Shown: positions 34,301 to 47,584, counted from the stretch's first letter. The stretch is DNA of 64,000 nucleotides from Gordius albopunctatus (GCA_964276515.1 OZ193909.1:17298001-17362000); one strand, 5' to 3'. The notes: generated by a model not told the origin, from the letters alone. Made by a program: numbers and translations.

Positions 34301-37300
34301 GACTATTTTGACTAATATTTGATTCGTTTTCCACTTACAACAATAACCTTAACATTGACCTCATTGGCTATTGGATTGTCCAATCACAGGACGAGCCTTC
34401 TACGAATTACGACTGGGGGAACCAATAAGATACGCGGACGGGGATCCGGCCGAGGCCTGGCTCAACTCCATGCTGTGCCTCGATATCTCCATTGCCAAGC
34501 CCAAAATCGCTTCTGGCTGCCCGGCCCCGGGCCTGTGCGATCTTTATTGGATCGACAGGGATACTCTGTTTTCCTACCACAAAGCATCCGAAGCCTTCTT
34601 ACAAAGGCTCGTCTCCATATACGTAGCCTCCCATTACAAGGTTTTCTTCGTCCTGAAACCTTTGGTCCGTTTAGTAGACTACAACCAAAGGCCGCCCAAA
34701 CAGATCCCCCCCCCCCAGCCGTTTTTACAACACTAGTCAATACTATGAGGAGATTTTTGAAGGGGGCGGGGGTTCTTGAAAGTTTTCAAAATAATTACGA
34801 TATATTTGATGCGTATAAATCGTGCTTTTTAAGCGATAAGAATTTTATAAAATAAGCTTAATAATAAGAATAATACCGCTTCCCCCCCCCCTTATAGGGT
34901 GTATACAAATGGCATACTAAGAAATGGATTATTTGTAAACTCTTTGAGTTTTTTGGTATATTAAATGTGGTAGTTTTGGGGAATTTAGTTGTTGATTATT
35001 ACAAACAGTTTTAAAATAATTTCGATGTAATAAAATTTTAATTTAAGTTTTTAAGGGTTTGTGGTTCCATGGAAACACCGCTTTTTTGTAATTAAGCAAA
35101 AATGTACGACAAAAATATAGGGCTTTAATTAGTATATTTATAAAAAAAATTTATATGTGAAATATATAAGAAATATTTGTTATTAGAATTCGCCCAACGA
35201 TTTGCAAATGCTATCTGACGCTCCAGCGCATCATATCTTTTGCCTGTTGGGACCCTGTGATCCGAATCAGCCCACCCTGCCAGAAATCCTTTGCGTTGTG
35301 CAAGTAAATATTTCTCTTAAAAACGCTATGCTCGATCGTTTTTTGAACTGGAGAGCGAATCTATTTATTTATTTATTATTCCCCGTTTTTTTTTACCCAA
35401 AATTTTTTTATTTTAAGGGTTTATCAAACGTTTTTTGTATTATAAGTGAGCACAGTAACCGAAGAAGGAGGCTTTCATTATAGGGTTATGGTATTTTAAA
35501 CATATTGGTTCTGTCTGACATACTTAATAACGTTTTAATTATGTTCTCCATTATTAAATAACCGGACTTTTTGATATAAACCCATTCTTAATTGGTCAAA
35601 TGGGTTTTAGTTTTGCGAAGTTGAAGCAAAATTCGGCATCTGCTCTCATGTGCTTTAGGCCCTTTGCGCCTATTTGGTCGCACAGTGGTGGGGCTTGTTA
35701 CATGATAAACTTCTTCCATCTTGTCGTGTTTTCATAACTTTATCGAATTGCCCTTTCCACGTGACACGAGGTACCTCTCTTCCCCGGTACCTCCATGTCC
35801 AACACTTTCCGATTTGATTTACATCATTCGCCTCCCTTTTAGCATATGCCCATACCACCTTAGCCGAAACATAAGAATTTAATATTAGAAAAGGATATTT
35901 ATTCTCGTTGTTTTACATTATCGACAATTTGTATGAAACACGTGGAAATGAAGCTACGTTGTTGTAACCCATTAGGTGTGCCTCGAAGGCGAGCTATCTA
36001 AGGAATCCGTTTTGAACAGCGTGGCACGGGGCAAGAAAGCCTCCGGAGACCTCATCCCCTGGACCATATCTCAACAAGTGAATATTTTCGAGGAAAAAGG
36101 TTTCCTTTGCCGATATTATAATTGTGGAAAAAATTAATTGATTGGGAGAATTTTGTTGGTGATAGATAGCTTCCATCAACTCTTAACCTTTGCGATGAGT
36201 CAGTCGCTAGTTTTATCATCAAATCACAGCGTTGTATATTAATATGTGATTGATTAAGTGTCAGACTTTAGTTTGTCTTATGTACGTCAAGAACCCTTAA
36301 GGAATAGGGCATACATTGGTTTTATACCGTGTATTTTTAGTGATTAATTTCGAGTAATTAGTTTTACTTGTAAATATACTTGTTTTACACGAAATAAATA
36401 TTTTTTACAATTTCCGTTTATAATGCTGCAATTTTTAATCATCTTTGACATTCATTTGTTGGCAGTTTCAAGATTACGATTTTCCCCATCTGTCCGGCGG
36501 CAGAATCATAAGGATCGCCACTCACCCGGATTATCAAAGGGTATAAATTTGCTTAAATTTCATCCCCTTCTTCATTTATTTGAGATTTTTGTAGTAACTG
36601 AGCACCCAAAACTTAATTTGGTCGAATACGTACGACATAGATTGTCTTGCGAATCGTAACATTCGCTCGCTTTTGAATGCCAAAAATTGAGTCACGAATA
36701 CTGTTTTTGATGATCGATTTTTTAGAAAATTGCTTTTTATATAAGAATTTAACCGACGAAATCGGGTTTTGCATCCTTAATTTTGAAATTTAACAGAACT
36801 AAATATTGTCTTAACAATTTTTATTGTTAGTTTGCCTCATTTTATATCCTGTCTGTCGTTCAACAAATCATTTGGTTTTTGTTATGAACAATTAATCTAG
36901 GTGCTAATTGTTGATCTAGTTTATAATGCAAACAAAGTTTGATATAACGACAAATACCTAGGCGTTTTTTAAATTAGACTCCTTTTGATATCTCATTCAC
37001 TTGTTATCTCAATTAACCTTAATTACCGTTATCTATCGGGAAAAAAACTATTTTTTGTTTCGTTATTTATTAGTAATATTGCAATCATATAAAATTCAAA
37101 TGTTTCAACGAAGTGTATCGTTATTTAGATGGGTTACGGGCAAAGAGCTTTGGAATTGTTGACGGAGTTTTACGAAGGCAAGGTGATATCCTTGGTTAAA
37201 ATGGATGTAGGATCCGAAAGTAAAAATCACGATTTCGCCGATCATGGCGAGGAAAATGGAGATGAATCCAATGAAATCCTAAAACCACGTAGTGCCTTGA

Positions 37301-40300
37301 AACCTCTTCTTTCTAGATTGTCCGAATGTGAAGCTATCAGGTCACTTTTTTATTTTAGTATTTCGCAGCAGCGTCCCTTTTGTTTTCGCTTATCGTTCTG
37401 GCATCCCAAACTATATAACTAATTTGAAACCATCATATTTAAGGGATGTCTTCACTTGTAAATTTCCAAATAGTTTTTTGCTGATTCCAATATTGATAAT
37501 CCAATAATGATTATGTGAGTGAAGTGTTCTCGTTTCATATGGTATTGCAAACCTTTCCCTTACACTTTGGGGACAATAATTAATGGCGGATTTGTTAATG
37601 TATTCCTTTTTACTTGGGCCGTACAAATTATAAAGAGTTTATTAATTAATGTTTTTTGACAAATTTGATGATACTTTGCAAAAATCATGTTTAATATAGC
37701 ATTTAATCTACTAACCGGCCTTAACATGTCTGTTTATGATAAAATAAAAGTTACACGTTTTAAAAACCTAACAATTTTTAAGCCGCACCCACGTTATGAT
37801 TCCAAGCCTGTCGCATTAACATCAAAGTAATTTAATTTTCAATCTTGATTTAAAAATTAATGGGATGGCTCTAAGATTGGTTGAAAAGGCTTTGAATAAT
37901 AGGAATTTTCGAAATTAATTTGCTAACTAGGTTAAATTATTTGGGAGTATCGTTTGGGTTGACGAGCGATCTTCTCCGATTTTGGAAGAGGGTCGGTTAT
38001 TACCCCGTCTACCTCAGGCAAACGCCCAACGAAATAACGGGTAAAATACTATATATTAATTGCATTTTTCACTTTTACGTTATTTAGGTTTAAGGTTTAA
38101 TTTGTTTGTATAAATCGTTTTTTTGCCTTTGATGACTATTATTAAATTTATGTTTTTTGTTGGTATATATAGATTAAAACGCTTTCGCAATTTTAATTGA
38201 TCTTGAAAGGTTAAAATTTTATATATATTAGATATATATATAAGAGATCCTGATTGCACAATCATGCGTTTGTTAATTTAGAAATTGAACTCTCATAAAT
38301 GCTGTTTAGGTCTCTACTATGACAATATATAATGGTTGGTTTGAATTTCGAAACCCTCATTTTTATCCTTCTCGAGATATCTCTGTAACAAAAACTTTTG
38401 TCTAAATTTTAGATACTTAATGCAATCTTTGAAATCTTTTGAATGTGATAAATTTTTTGTAAACCTAAACAAAATTTCGCAATTTACACCCCATACTAGG
38501 TGAGCATTCGTGCATAATGCTGAAACGTCTTTCGGACAAAGCCTCCTACTCGGGTCAATCCCAATACGTAGTCAAGAACGATTGGCTCGGCAATTATCGC
38601 ACCGATTTCGGTCGGCGATTCGCTCGTCTCCTATCTTTTCAATTCCGAGATTTCGCGCCCCAAATCGCCCTTTCCCTCTTGCAAAATGCCCCTCCTAAAA
38701 GGACGGAAAATAGCGAAGAGAAAGATCTTAAAAGTAAGTAACTTGCACACAAGTACCGTTTTTAGCCCCCCCCCTCTGCCTCAGAAATTAGATGGCCTCG
38801 GGGTGGGCTCAGGCAAATTTAATTCAAGTAGCGGTCTTAGTTTTTTATTGAAGTTATTTTGACAAGATAGACAAGTCAGGACATTTGGATTCCAAAGGGA
38901 GAGCCCTTGAATTGCATAGCAATTTGTCACAAAAACATTTTTTAGGTAATAATCACTATGACAAAGGCAATTGTATACGTATTCAATAAGTTAAGCGGGT
39001 AAAACATGTCATAAATCTAGTGTTAATAGGGTAATATATGAAGGTCTTCCTTTCACTGTAACCGCAACAACTACTGTTGAAGAGGCTGAATCTAAAATGT
39101 GAAAAATATAGCGTCTTTGACCTAATTAAGGTGCCATCTTAAAATTGCTACGTGGCTTTATATTATTGCGTTAACTGGATTACCTTGGTATCCTTTAATT
39201 TTGGAATAATCCCGGAAAATGTATATGTGTTATATTGAAACGCGAATATTTCAAGATACATATCGTTAAACCAAACGATTTTATGACTCGGCCACGTGAT
39301 AGTATTTCAAAAAGCCCTATTATAACTATAAATCATTTTCACGACTACTTTTAATCTGTTTTTTAAATGTTATGTATCATCCGGCTCTCATTAAATTATT
39401 TTAGGCTAAAAATATAATTTTTAACCGAAACTATTCAAAAATAATAACACTTAGAAGAAGGATTGAAAAAGGAGCATTGTCTAGGTGTGTATTAGTGTTG
39501 TAAAAAGACCTTCCTGGGTTTTGTTTAATCAACCTTTGGTTCAACCAAGACTAACTCTGCTCTGTTTTTTATCAAGACCAATCGACCTTTGGTCTATTTA
39601 TGTTTAGCCTACCAAAACCAAAGGTCGCCCAAACAAAACCCAGTCCTCTTTACCTCACGGCGGAATACGCCATAATCTCAGGTCCAGTACTCGAATTATT
39701 TATATCATGCAACTTTTAATTAAATTTTATCATACGGGGCGGGGTTAGCTTTATGCCTATTCTATAGCTAACAACTCACTACTACTCCATATAATCTTAA
39801 AGGACGTGCTCTAGAAATGGTGATAAATAAATTTTAAAACTAATTAGCAGCCCTGACCTCAGCCGAGTTGAAGTACCACATAACCATTTCCGACCTCAAA
39901 CGATTGAGTATGTACGCCCAAAATCTCGTCGATTACCCTCTAATCATGGATTTGCTCCCCGTTTTAGCGCAACTCTACTTTTTCAACAAATTGTCCGATA
40001 TGCCGCCCCTGAGCTTAGTGCAACAGGTTATATGCCTCTCCTCGGTTTTACGAAACTTAAACTGAAATTTAGAGTTGTTAAATTGCTAACTTTCTTCAAA
40101 CTCCAGACGCGAGCACGCACACTGGGTTGCTTAATATGCGCGTTAGCACAATATGTGCTCTCTGTTCGGTGCACTAGGTAGAACATTAACATATAAAAAT
40201 GCTCGAGGACCGAGCAGAAACTCGGGCAGATTGTGGCTGGAGTTGAATAAAGTTAGCAATTTAACAACTCTACTGAAATTCTATGTTCTTCTTATGGGTT

Positions 40301-41954
40301 TTGATGTAATTTTTTATCGGAGTTTAAGGTAACTCAGTTTATTAAAAAAGTTGATTTAGGTGAAACTTCTTTGAGCTTTGTTTGGAATTTTATAATAAAA
40401 CCTAGCTTCAATTTGCAATATTTTAGGGCTTGTCTTAATATCATCGGATCCAGGTTCAAATCGCGCGAATTTATCTTTGTCTAAATATCCGATTCAATTT
40501 CATGGCTCAAACTCGGTTGTATTCATCAATATTTTGTTTTTTGATGCTTAAAAAGTTTTTTATTGTTTATTTCCTTTCTTGAGATTAAATCTAAACTTTG
40601 CTGACAACTAAAAATTCAAAAAAATGCATCTCACAAAATCGCTGTTATGTTATGCGTCTGAAATGTAAATCTGCTGGGAATTCCAAATTAAGACACCAAA
40701 ATTCGATATGACTAGAAGTCTAAACTCTATCTTATCTTTATACATAATGCTTATTGTCACCTGGAGTAAAATACATTTTTTAAAGTAAAAAATAATCCAT
40801 ATCAGTTTTCAAATATTTATTTTTATTTAAAATACTCAACTTTTTATTGAATAATACAATTCTAGGCTATATTACTGGGTATCGGACTTCAGTGCAAAAC
40901 GGTGGCAGATTTGGAAGGGGAAATAAATTTGCCTTCAACGCAGATACTGGGACAATTCAACAGAATTTTGAGAAGAATTTCTCAGGTAACACGTTATTTT
41001 TATTCTTAAAAAATTATCTGTTAAAATGAGGCTATTTAGTAAATTTTTATAGCTTGCGCAATTTTTTCATATTTTATTTGTGTTCTCTAATCACTTAATA
41101 TCTTGTAGGTAAACTATCAAATTATTTATGACAATTGCTAAATATTTAATTTCATTTTCTCAAATTCATACGGCAGTATTTGAATAACATATTGGAAGAA
41201 AATTTGGATAAAGAACTCTTTAATCAAAACCCCGACACCGTTTCGATGGAGCCTACAGCTGTCGATCTTAAAACAGAATTGGTATTAAAGTTGTAATATA
41301 AATTGCGTGGACAAACTCCTTTTTTTATATTCCTTAAATCTACAACATAGTATGAATGCTATCAATTAGAAATTGTGGCAAGAATTATAAAAAATAAATA
41401 AAAGAATCTTTTATATTATTCTTCAACATTTTTTTTGCACTTTGCATCTCAAAAAGAAGCCCATTTTTGGGAGATTCAAATATTTTTCATCGATACTTCA
41501 TGTGATTCATTGTTTTAGGACATGGTCGCGAAAGAAATAAAGCATAAACAGGAGGTGGAAAAGATGAAGCTCATGAGTACGGACTTCAGTCGATATGCTA
41601 TCAAAGGAACCGAGAGGGATTGGGATCGCGCATTGGCTGACATTAAACAACCCACCAAATTAAATTTGCTAAGTGTTGGAAGGTATTATTTTAAGCTAAA
41701 TTTTTAAATGCCTAAAAAGGTTATTTTCACGAAAACAAAGTTACATACATAAGCGTAAAATTCAAGCTTTCTACGCTTTAATCTTATATATTTATAATAA
41801 ATTTTAATTGACTAGCACGATCACTAAAAAAGCCCCGAAGTCGGATAGCATTCTGGACTCGAGCATCCAGGCGAGTGAAAAAACGAATCAGCCCAGCTTT
41901 GGAAAACGAGAGAAAAAATTTAAAAATAAGAAGAAATTTAAAAAATGTAATTAA
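25389..41954 (+). CDS. NAT10: RNA cytidine acetyltransferase NAT10, 23 exons
   Basis: Exons 25389-25493, 25607-25698, 25751-25922, 26010-26132, 26215-26276, 26401-26515, 27735-27842, 28382-28515, 29124-29235, 30011-30258, 33307-33428, 34390-34640, 35187-35303, 35976-36077, 36466-36540, 37129-37340, 37931-38040, 38500-38733, 39848/39851-40026, 40866-40985, 41177-41281, 41519-41682, 41816-41954. Motifs MRKKIDNRIR, TAARGRGKSA (Walker A), IVDEAAAIPLP, GYEGTGRSLSLK, SHYKNSPNDLQ, RIATHPDYQRMGYG, basic C-terminal tail. Confidence 0.97.
26672..27231. mobile_element. hAT-type MITE (CATGGGCGTAG TIR) with internal ~137-bp tandem duplication, nested in a TAGAGCCCTGCA-family element
   Basis: catgggcgtagcc / gcctacgcccatg with perfect 8-bp TSD ggcactgg. 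Duplicated segment starting ggcgagcaaaaaaaatcgccgagac at ~26706 and ~26843. Host end tgcagggctcta at ~27543 is itself duplicated at ~27598. Confidence 0.85.
30881..32791. mobile_element. Triple-nested DNA elements in NAT10 intron 10
   Basis: Outer TIR gggcttgtcttaata / tattaagacaagccc (related copy at ~40425-40700). Middle foldback 30975-32602 (ggaacattccatgtcaa / ttgacatcgaatgtccc, arms >300 bp). Inner HINE-like element ~31916-32333. Confidence 0.8.
31916..32333 (-). mobile_element. Helentron/HINE-like element with tRNA-like segments
   Basis: Terminal cccataaattgcatagcaatt, (ggac/gacg)n microsatellite, GC hairpin gcccttgtaggggagggc, and T-arm/B-box-like motifs at ~31935-31955 and ~32212-32262. 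It interrupts the right arm of the foldback host. Confidence 0.7.
35672..35868 (-). mobile_element. RTE LINE 3' fragment in NAT10 intron 13
   Basis: Reverse complement matches 12793-13020 (cggctaaggtggtatgggcata...cgtgtcacgtggaaagg...ccccacca). Confidence 0.8.
40070..40272. mobile_element. hAT-type MITE (TAGAGTTGTTAA TIR)
   Basis: tagagttgttaaattgctaacttt / aaagttagcaatttaacaactcta; perfect 8-bp TSD ctgaaatt. Confidence 0.88.
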
Positions 41955-42186
41955 TCTGCCATATTATATTACATGGAAAAGTGTGTATAATAAAATTTAC
42001 TATATTATTTAGTTTTATGAAATTCTACTTGAGTTTTTATCGTTATATTTTAATATGATGATATAGCTAAATTTGGGCCCTACTTTTAAATAGTAAAACA
42101 TTGAGACTTTCTGCATAACATTTAATCAATAATCTAAAAACGTTATTTTTCTTCAAATTTGATCCTTTTGGTATTAGTAATCTTTG

Positions 42187-42336
42187 CATGGGAGTAGTCA
42201 GAGGGAGACAGGAAGGGGTGGCTGCCCCCCTCTCAATCCAGAAATTCTATGATATTTTTTATAATTAATTATGGCGAAAATTATGTAAAAGTTTCATTTT
42301 GCCCCTCCCTAAATCCCAATCCTGCCTACGCCCATG
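42187..42336. mobile_element. CATGGGCGTAGCC-family MITE
   Basis: catgggagtagtcag ... ctgcctacgcccatg; internal sequence matches the 57505 copy; TSD not evident. Confidence 0.6.
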
Positions 42337-42877
42337 ATTATACAAATGCCTATTGTATTATATTGTATCTTTTAGGATTTGCGGATGGATTATAAATTGT
42401 GTGTTTATTTTACATTCCCCAGTCAACTAATTTAGTAGTATATGAGCGGATTTATTCATCAATGATAAGGTTTAATAACAACGTTATCTCAATATAAAGG
42501 AGCCTGGTTAAACATTATATCAATGTCATATTTTCATTCCGAATGATATTGTTTTCCTATAGCAGTTTGCCACACTTAGTGGTGAGCTCCTTCAAGTAGT
42601 TTCTCCATGTGTTCCTGCACTTACATCAGCTTCGCTTTAGCTCGTACCTTCTCAAGCCCATATTTATATTATATTTTAGTTAAGGCCCCCATCTATTTCG
42701 CTTATCTTCGACTTGCACTTTCTTGATACGTTTAGTTTATCTCTTTTATCTTACCTTTTCCTTATAAGGTGTTTTTTGCTTACTCCCAAGATCTATCTTG
42801 ACATTCGCATCTTCATTGTAGCCAAGCTTTGCTCTTCTTTCGCCTTAATCACCAATGTTTCAGCTCCATACAACGCC

Positions 42878-45800
42878 TTCTTCTTTCTATGACTGCTTGT
42901 CACCTAGGCTGGTGGTCAGTCCTTTCAGCATTCGTTTCCATTTGTTTCTATGTTTACATAGATCTTTCTTTATCTTGTGGACTTTCATATCATGCCGTAT
43001 TTTATGAATCCAGGTTAGCTTGGGTCTTCCTCTTCTTCGTTTTCCTGCGAAATTTATCATCTCGATTTTCTTCCTACGTAGCTATTGTCCTTTCTTTCTA
43101 CATGGCCATACCATCTTAGTCTATTTGTTAGGAGCTTTGTCGCAATTGATGTAGTACCCAAAATTCTTCTTATTTCTTCATTTCGCCTATGGTCCTTTTT
43201 GCTTACTCCTAGCACCCATCTTAGGATTCTCATCTCCATGGCTGCAACACGTTGCTCTTCTCTTTTACGTATAGCCCATGATTCCGAGCTATACAGTACT
43301 GTTGGCTGTATGATGGATTTATACAGTGCGCCTTTTAGTTTTCTCGGGATGTTTTTGTCACACAGAACACCTGTCAGGTCCCTCCACTTGAGCCATCCGG
43401 AATTTATCCTTGCTTGGATTTCTTTATCCACTCCACCATCCGATTGAAGTGTTGATCCTAAATATTTGAAGGAATCCACGCTTGTAAGTTGCCAATCGCC
43501 TAAACCAAGGGATGCACTCTGCTGGTTTTCATCCGATTTAAACTTTTTCTTCATGTATTCTGTTTTCTTTCTATTTACCCAGAGACCACTTTCTTCTATT
43601 GCATTTACCCATCTATTTACAGTGTTAGCCAATTCTTTTTCGCTTTTGGCACAGAGGATTATATCATCTGCAAAGATCATTGCCCAAGGAGCTTCCTCGC
43701 CCAAATCCTTGGTAATATTATCCATTATCATTATAAATAGGAAGGGACTAAGAGCTGAACCTTGATGAACTCCAGTGTTGATGGCAAAGCCTTTTGTAGT
43801 CCCCACCGTTGTTCTAACGTACGGTCTATTTCCCTTGTACATATCTTTTATTGCCCTGACGTATACTTGTGGCACATTGTTTTCTTCAAGACATTTCCAA
43901 ACTAAATTACGAGGAACTTTATCAAAAGCTTTTTCTAGATCGATGAAACACATGTGCAAATCCTCTTGCCTTTCTTTAAACCGTTCCATTAATCTTCTAA
44001 CACTGTTTAGGGCGTCTGCTGTAGACCTCTCCGGCATAAATCCGAATTGGTTATCTTGAATTTGAACCAAACTCCGAAGCCGTTTTTCGATCACTTTCTC
44101 CCACACCTTGAAAGTGTGGCTCATAAGCTTTATCCATCTGTAATTGTTGCAATCCTGAATGTCCCCTTTCATCTTGTATATCGGGATCATGTAGCTATCC
44201 CTCCACTCGTTAGGCATTACACCCGTTTTCAAGATATTGTTGAAAAGGTTTGCGAGGAATTGTGCACCAGTATTGCCTAACGCTTTGAAGCCTTCAATCG
44301 GTATATTGTCGGGTCAAAGAGCTTTTCCTGACTTTAGTTTACTCTCATAGCAACTTTCACTTCCGTTTCCGTGATCCAGTCCGCTGTGTTTAATTCTCCT
44401 ATTGTATTTTCCTGGTTAGTGTCTTCGACTACAGGCCCCTTTTCAATTGATAAATCGCTATAATACTCGTACCATCTTTGTAGTATATGGCTGTCGTGCG
44501 TTAGTATTTCTCCCTTTTGACCCTTAATTAGCCGGCATTCTAGGTAATATTTAGAATTTCGGGCCCTTGACTTTGCGATTTTTTAGATCAATTTTTCTCC
44601 TTTCTTTGAGTTTAGTTTTACATTTATATCGTCGTACACCTTGTTTTTAGCTTTCGCTACGAATTTTTTAGCCGATCTTTTAGCTACTTGGTAAGCTTGC
44701 TTATCATTACTATCCTTGCTTTTATACCAAACTTTGTACAATCTCTTCTTTTCCTTGATACATTTTTGCACTTCTTCATTCCACCACCATGTCTCCTTGA
44801 CAATTCTTTTAGTGGGCTTGCTTTCACCTAGTATTTCTCGTCCCGCTTTTCGCATTGTGGCAGCTATACCATTCCATTTTCCTTAAATTCAGCAAGTTTA
44901 ATTACTTGTTCCTGAAAATGTTGAATATTATCCTTTAGTTTCCTCCATTGTATAGTAGCGGCTACTCTTTGAACTTTTTGCTCTTTAAGGCCCTTTAATA
45001 TAAAGTCCATCACCAACAGCTTGAGTTGGCAGGCCAATATTTCACTCGGTATTACCTTAACATTTTGAACATACTTTAAGTGCGCTCTGTTTACTAGAAA
45101 GAAATCTATCTGAGTGGTACGGCTGCCGCTTTTGTACGTTATAAGATGTTCCTGTCTCTTTTTGAAGAAGGTATTTCCTATTGCTAGGTCAAAAGCTTGA
45201 GCAATTTCTAGAATTTCCGTACCTTCTTCATTTCTTAGGCCGTAACCCCGACCACCGTGATTTCTTTCAAATCCTCCCCTTGATTTGCCCACGTGTCCAT
45301 TGAGGTCCGCTTCGATAATTATTAGTCCCTCTTTACCGATTTGGGTTAGAACATCTTCAAGCTCCTTCCAAAAACACTCTTTTTCCGTCTGAGAGCATCC
45401 ACTTTGAGGGGCGTATGCTGATATAACGTTTATCGTAGTAGATTTATAACAAAGCTGTATCGCCATAATTCTGTCATTGATTCTCTTAACGTCAGCGACA
45501 GTTTGCTGAAATTCTTCCGATAGCACTATACCGACGCCATTCCGGTGAGTTTCTGTATCGTAAAAATATAATTTTTATCCGTCCCCTATGTATTTTGCTT
45601 TTTGGCCCTTCCATTTGGTCTCTTGTATACACGCGATATCGATTTTTCTCCTCCTTAGAACGTCTGTCAATTCTCTGGTCTTGCTAGTCATTGTACCAAT
45701 ACTCCATGACACAAACTTTATCCTACGCAAACTAATGTCTTTAACCGCTTCCGTTTGTTGAGAGAGCGATAGCCTTCGTTTATTTCCCACACATTCCAGG

Positions 45801-46228
45801 CGAAGAATGCGCGCGTCGCTTAAGGGGGACGCCCTATGGTTTTCATTCTGCGTCTTTGTTTTAGTATACATTTTGGTTTATATGGAATGAGAGAGTATTG
45901 ATATCCCGGCCTTCCAAGCCTGACGGAACTATGTTATATTTTGGCACTTGACTACCTACTATTCTTTATGGTGCAGCCATTTTGGTGAATTAAGCTTTTC
46001 TTTAGACCACTCGTATTGATAGGCTTAATCTAGCACTTCCATTTCACTAGTACTCCCTCAAAAAGCCCAGAAATTTTAGTCTGACCCTTCACCAAGAACC
46101 TTGCCAATAGGGTGACCCCACCAGTAACAAACGTAAAAATTGTGTTTGGCTACCAAAGGTATAGCTTCTTGGATCACGAGAGTACACAAGCTCAACCACC
46201 ACTACAGGGTATTTCTGGCTCGGCTGAG
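42878..46228 (-). mobile_element. Full-length RTE LINE with TSD; ORF broken by a few stops and frameshifts
   Basis: 5' UTR 46228-45872. APE (ACIQETKW, SAYAPQ, ADLNGHVG, QIDFFL) at 45871-44864. RT at 44232-43057 (FIDLEKAFD, GVHQGSALSP, FADD, FKYLG, RLRWYGH). (AAG)-type 3' tail. 16-bp TSD agctccatacaac[g/a]cc at 42862-42877 and 46229-46244. Confidence 0.95.
43057..44232 (-). CDS. RTE reverse transcriptase domain
   Basis: 391-aa ORF with all RT motifs including QGSALSP and FADD. Confidence 0.9.
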   Translation of the reverse strand: MKTGVMPNEWRDSYMIPIYKMKGDIQDCNNYRWIKLMSHTFKVWEKVIEKRLRSLVQIQDNQFGFMPERSTADALNSVRRLMERFKERQEDLHMCFIDLEKAFDKVPRNLVWKCLEENNVPQVYVRAIKDMYKGNRPYVRTTVGTTKGFAINTGVHQGSALSPFLFIMIMDNITKDLGEEAPWAMIFADDIILCAKSEKELANTVNRWVNAIEESGLWVNRKKTEYMKKKFKSDENQQSASLGLGDWQLTSVDSFKYLGSTLQSDGGVDKEIQARINSGWLKWRDLTGVLCDKNIPRKLKGALYKSIIQPTVLYSSESWAIRKREEQRVAAMEMRILRWVLGVSKKDHRRNEEIRRILGTTSIATKLLTNRLRWYGHVERKDNSYVGRKSR

Positions 46229-47423
46229 AGCTCCATACAACACCGTGGGTACAATAACGGTGTTATATAAGGGTCATTGTGGTATGTGTTTGTTACGGTG
46301 TGCACCACTCAACTCCCTGAATTTCAGGCAGATTGCGTTTAATCTTGCTTTAATTTCGCTTTCCACACCCCCATCACATTGTACCCTAGAACCAAGATAT
46401 TTGAATTCCTTACTGCTTGAACACCAGTCGTCTATTTGCAGGTGTGTTTCTTTGTATTGATTATGCTACTTCAAGCATACATATTCCGTTTTATCTCAGT
46501 TGACCCTATGGCCATTGCTTTCAATTCGATCCACCCATATTTTTACCTGCGCCGCTAATTCCACATTTGAAGCTGCGTACAGCACTATATCATCTGCAAA
46601 GAGCATTGCCCAAGGTGATTCGGGTTTTAGGTCTTTAGTTATCGAATATATCATTGTTATCAAGGGCAATGGACTCTGCCGATAGTTGATGTACACCGAC
46701 ATTTAGACTGAATCCCTTTTATGTACCACTGGATGTCCGTACTTTGGTTTTTTGCGTTTCTATACATTTATTGTCATATAAGCGTCGAGTTCACCATTAG
46801 AACTTAGGTTATCCCATATCAACTGCCTTGGAACTTTATCGAAAGCTTTCTTTAGATCGATAAAACACATATGAAGATCCTTTTGTTTTTCCTAATTCCA
46901 TAAGTCGCCAGAGACCATGTATTGCATCTGAAATTGACTTTCCAGGCATGAACCAAATTGTCATTCATAACATGTTTATAATTTCAATTTTTCCCTTTTA
47001 ACTAAGCGATCAATGTGGTAAATAGGTATTTAAATTTTTTACTTTCTATTGAGTCTATTAAACAAAAAGTAATGTAATAAAACAACGCGGATACATTGTT
47101 TTTTGTTGTTTAAACTTTAAAATAAGTTGAATGTGGTAACTCTTGTACAATTGTAGTCGGCTAACATCAATCCAGGCAATCATTTGATGTTGTGCAAGTA
47201 GTTTAAAATAAGCTATCTTGACCTTATATAATTTAATATTCTTCCCACTAAAATTTACTAAAATAATTTATTCAAATTCTAATTATTTTTGTTATTTATA
47301 AATCCTATAGTTTACAACTACAAAATTGCCTTTTGTAAAAAATGTCCAAAATATACATTTTAATATAATTTAACAATGTAAAATAAAATTTCGAATTGTG
47401 TTACAAACATTGCTACATAATAA

Positions 47424-47584
47424 TAGGTGGGCCGTCAACTTGCCGAAAACTATCTCGCCGAATTTAATGTCTTTGGTTAAAAAAGGTCCCCCATTTTGTG
47501 ATTGATTGAATGGGGGATGATTTTAAATTAGGAGATCTTTTTTAACCGGGGGACATTAAATTCGGCGAGTTGATAGGGCCCCCC
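47424..47584. mobile_element. Small palindromic MITE
   Basis: ggtgggccgtcaacttgccgaa...tcgccgaatttaatgtc is mirrored by gacattaaattcggcgagttgatagggcccccc; taataata on both flanks. Confidence 0.6.

Larger units (their letters stand above)
42560..46960 (-). mobile_element. Older degraded RTE copy split by the younger RTE (pieces ~46229-46960 and ~42560-42877)
   Basis: The right piece encodes CFIDLKKAFDKVP, WAMLFADD, KYLG and ...VPTVLYGA. The left piece resumes LYGAETLVIKAKEEQ exactly at the TSD. Confidence 0.85.

Noticed and set aside
42829..44280. Plus-strand ORFs over the RTE (likewise antisense ORFs over gypsy, CRE, EARS2 and NAT10)
   Set aside because: Shadow ORFs of the coding strand with no recognisable domains.
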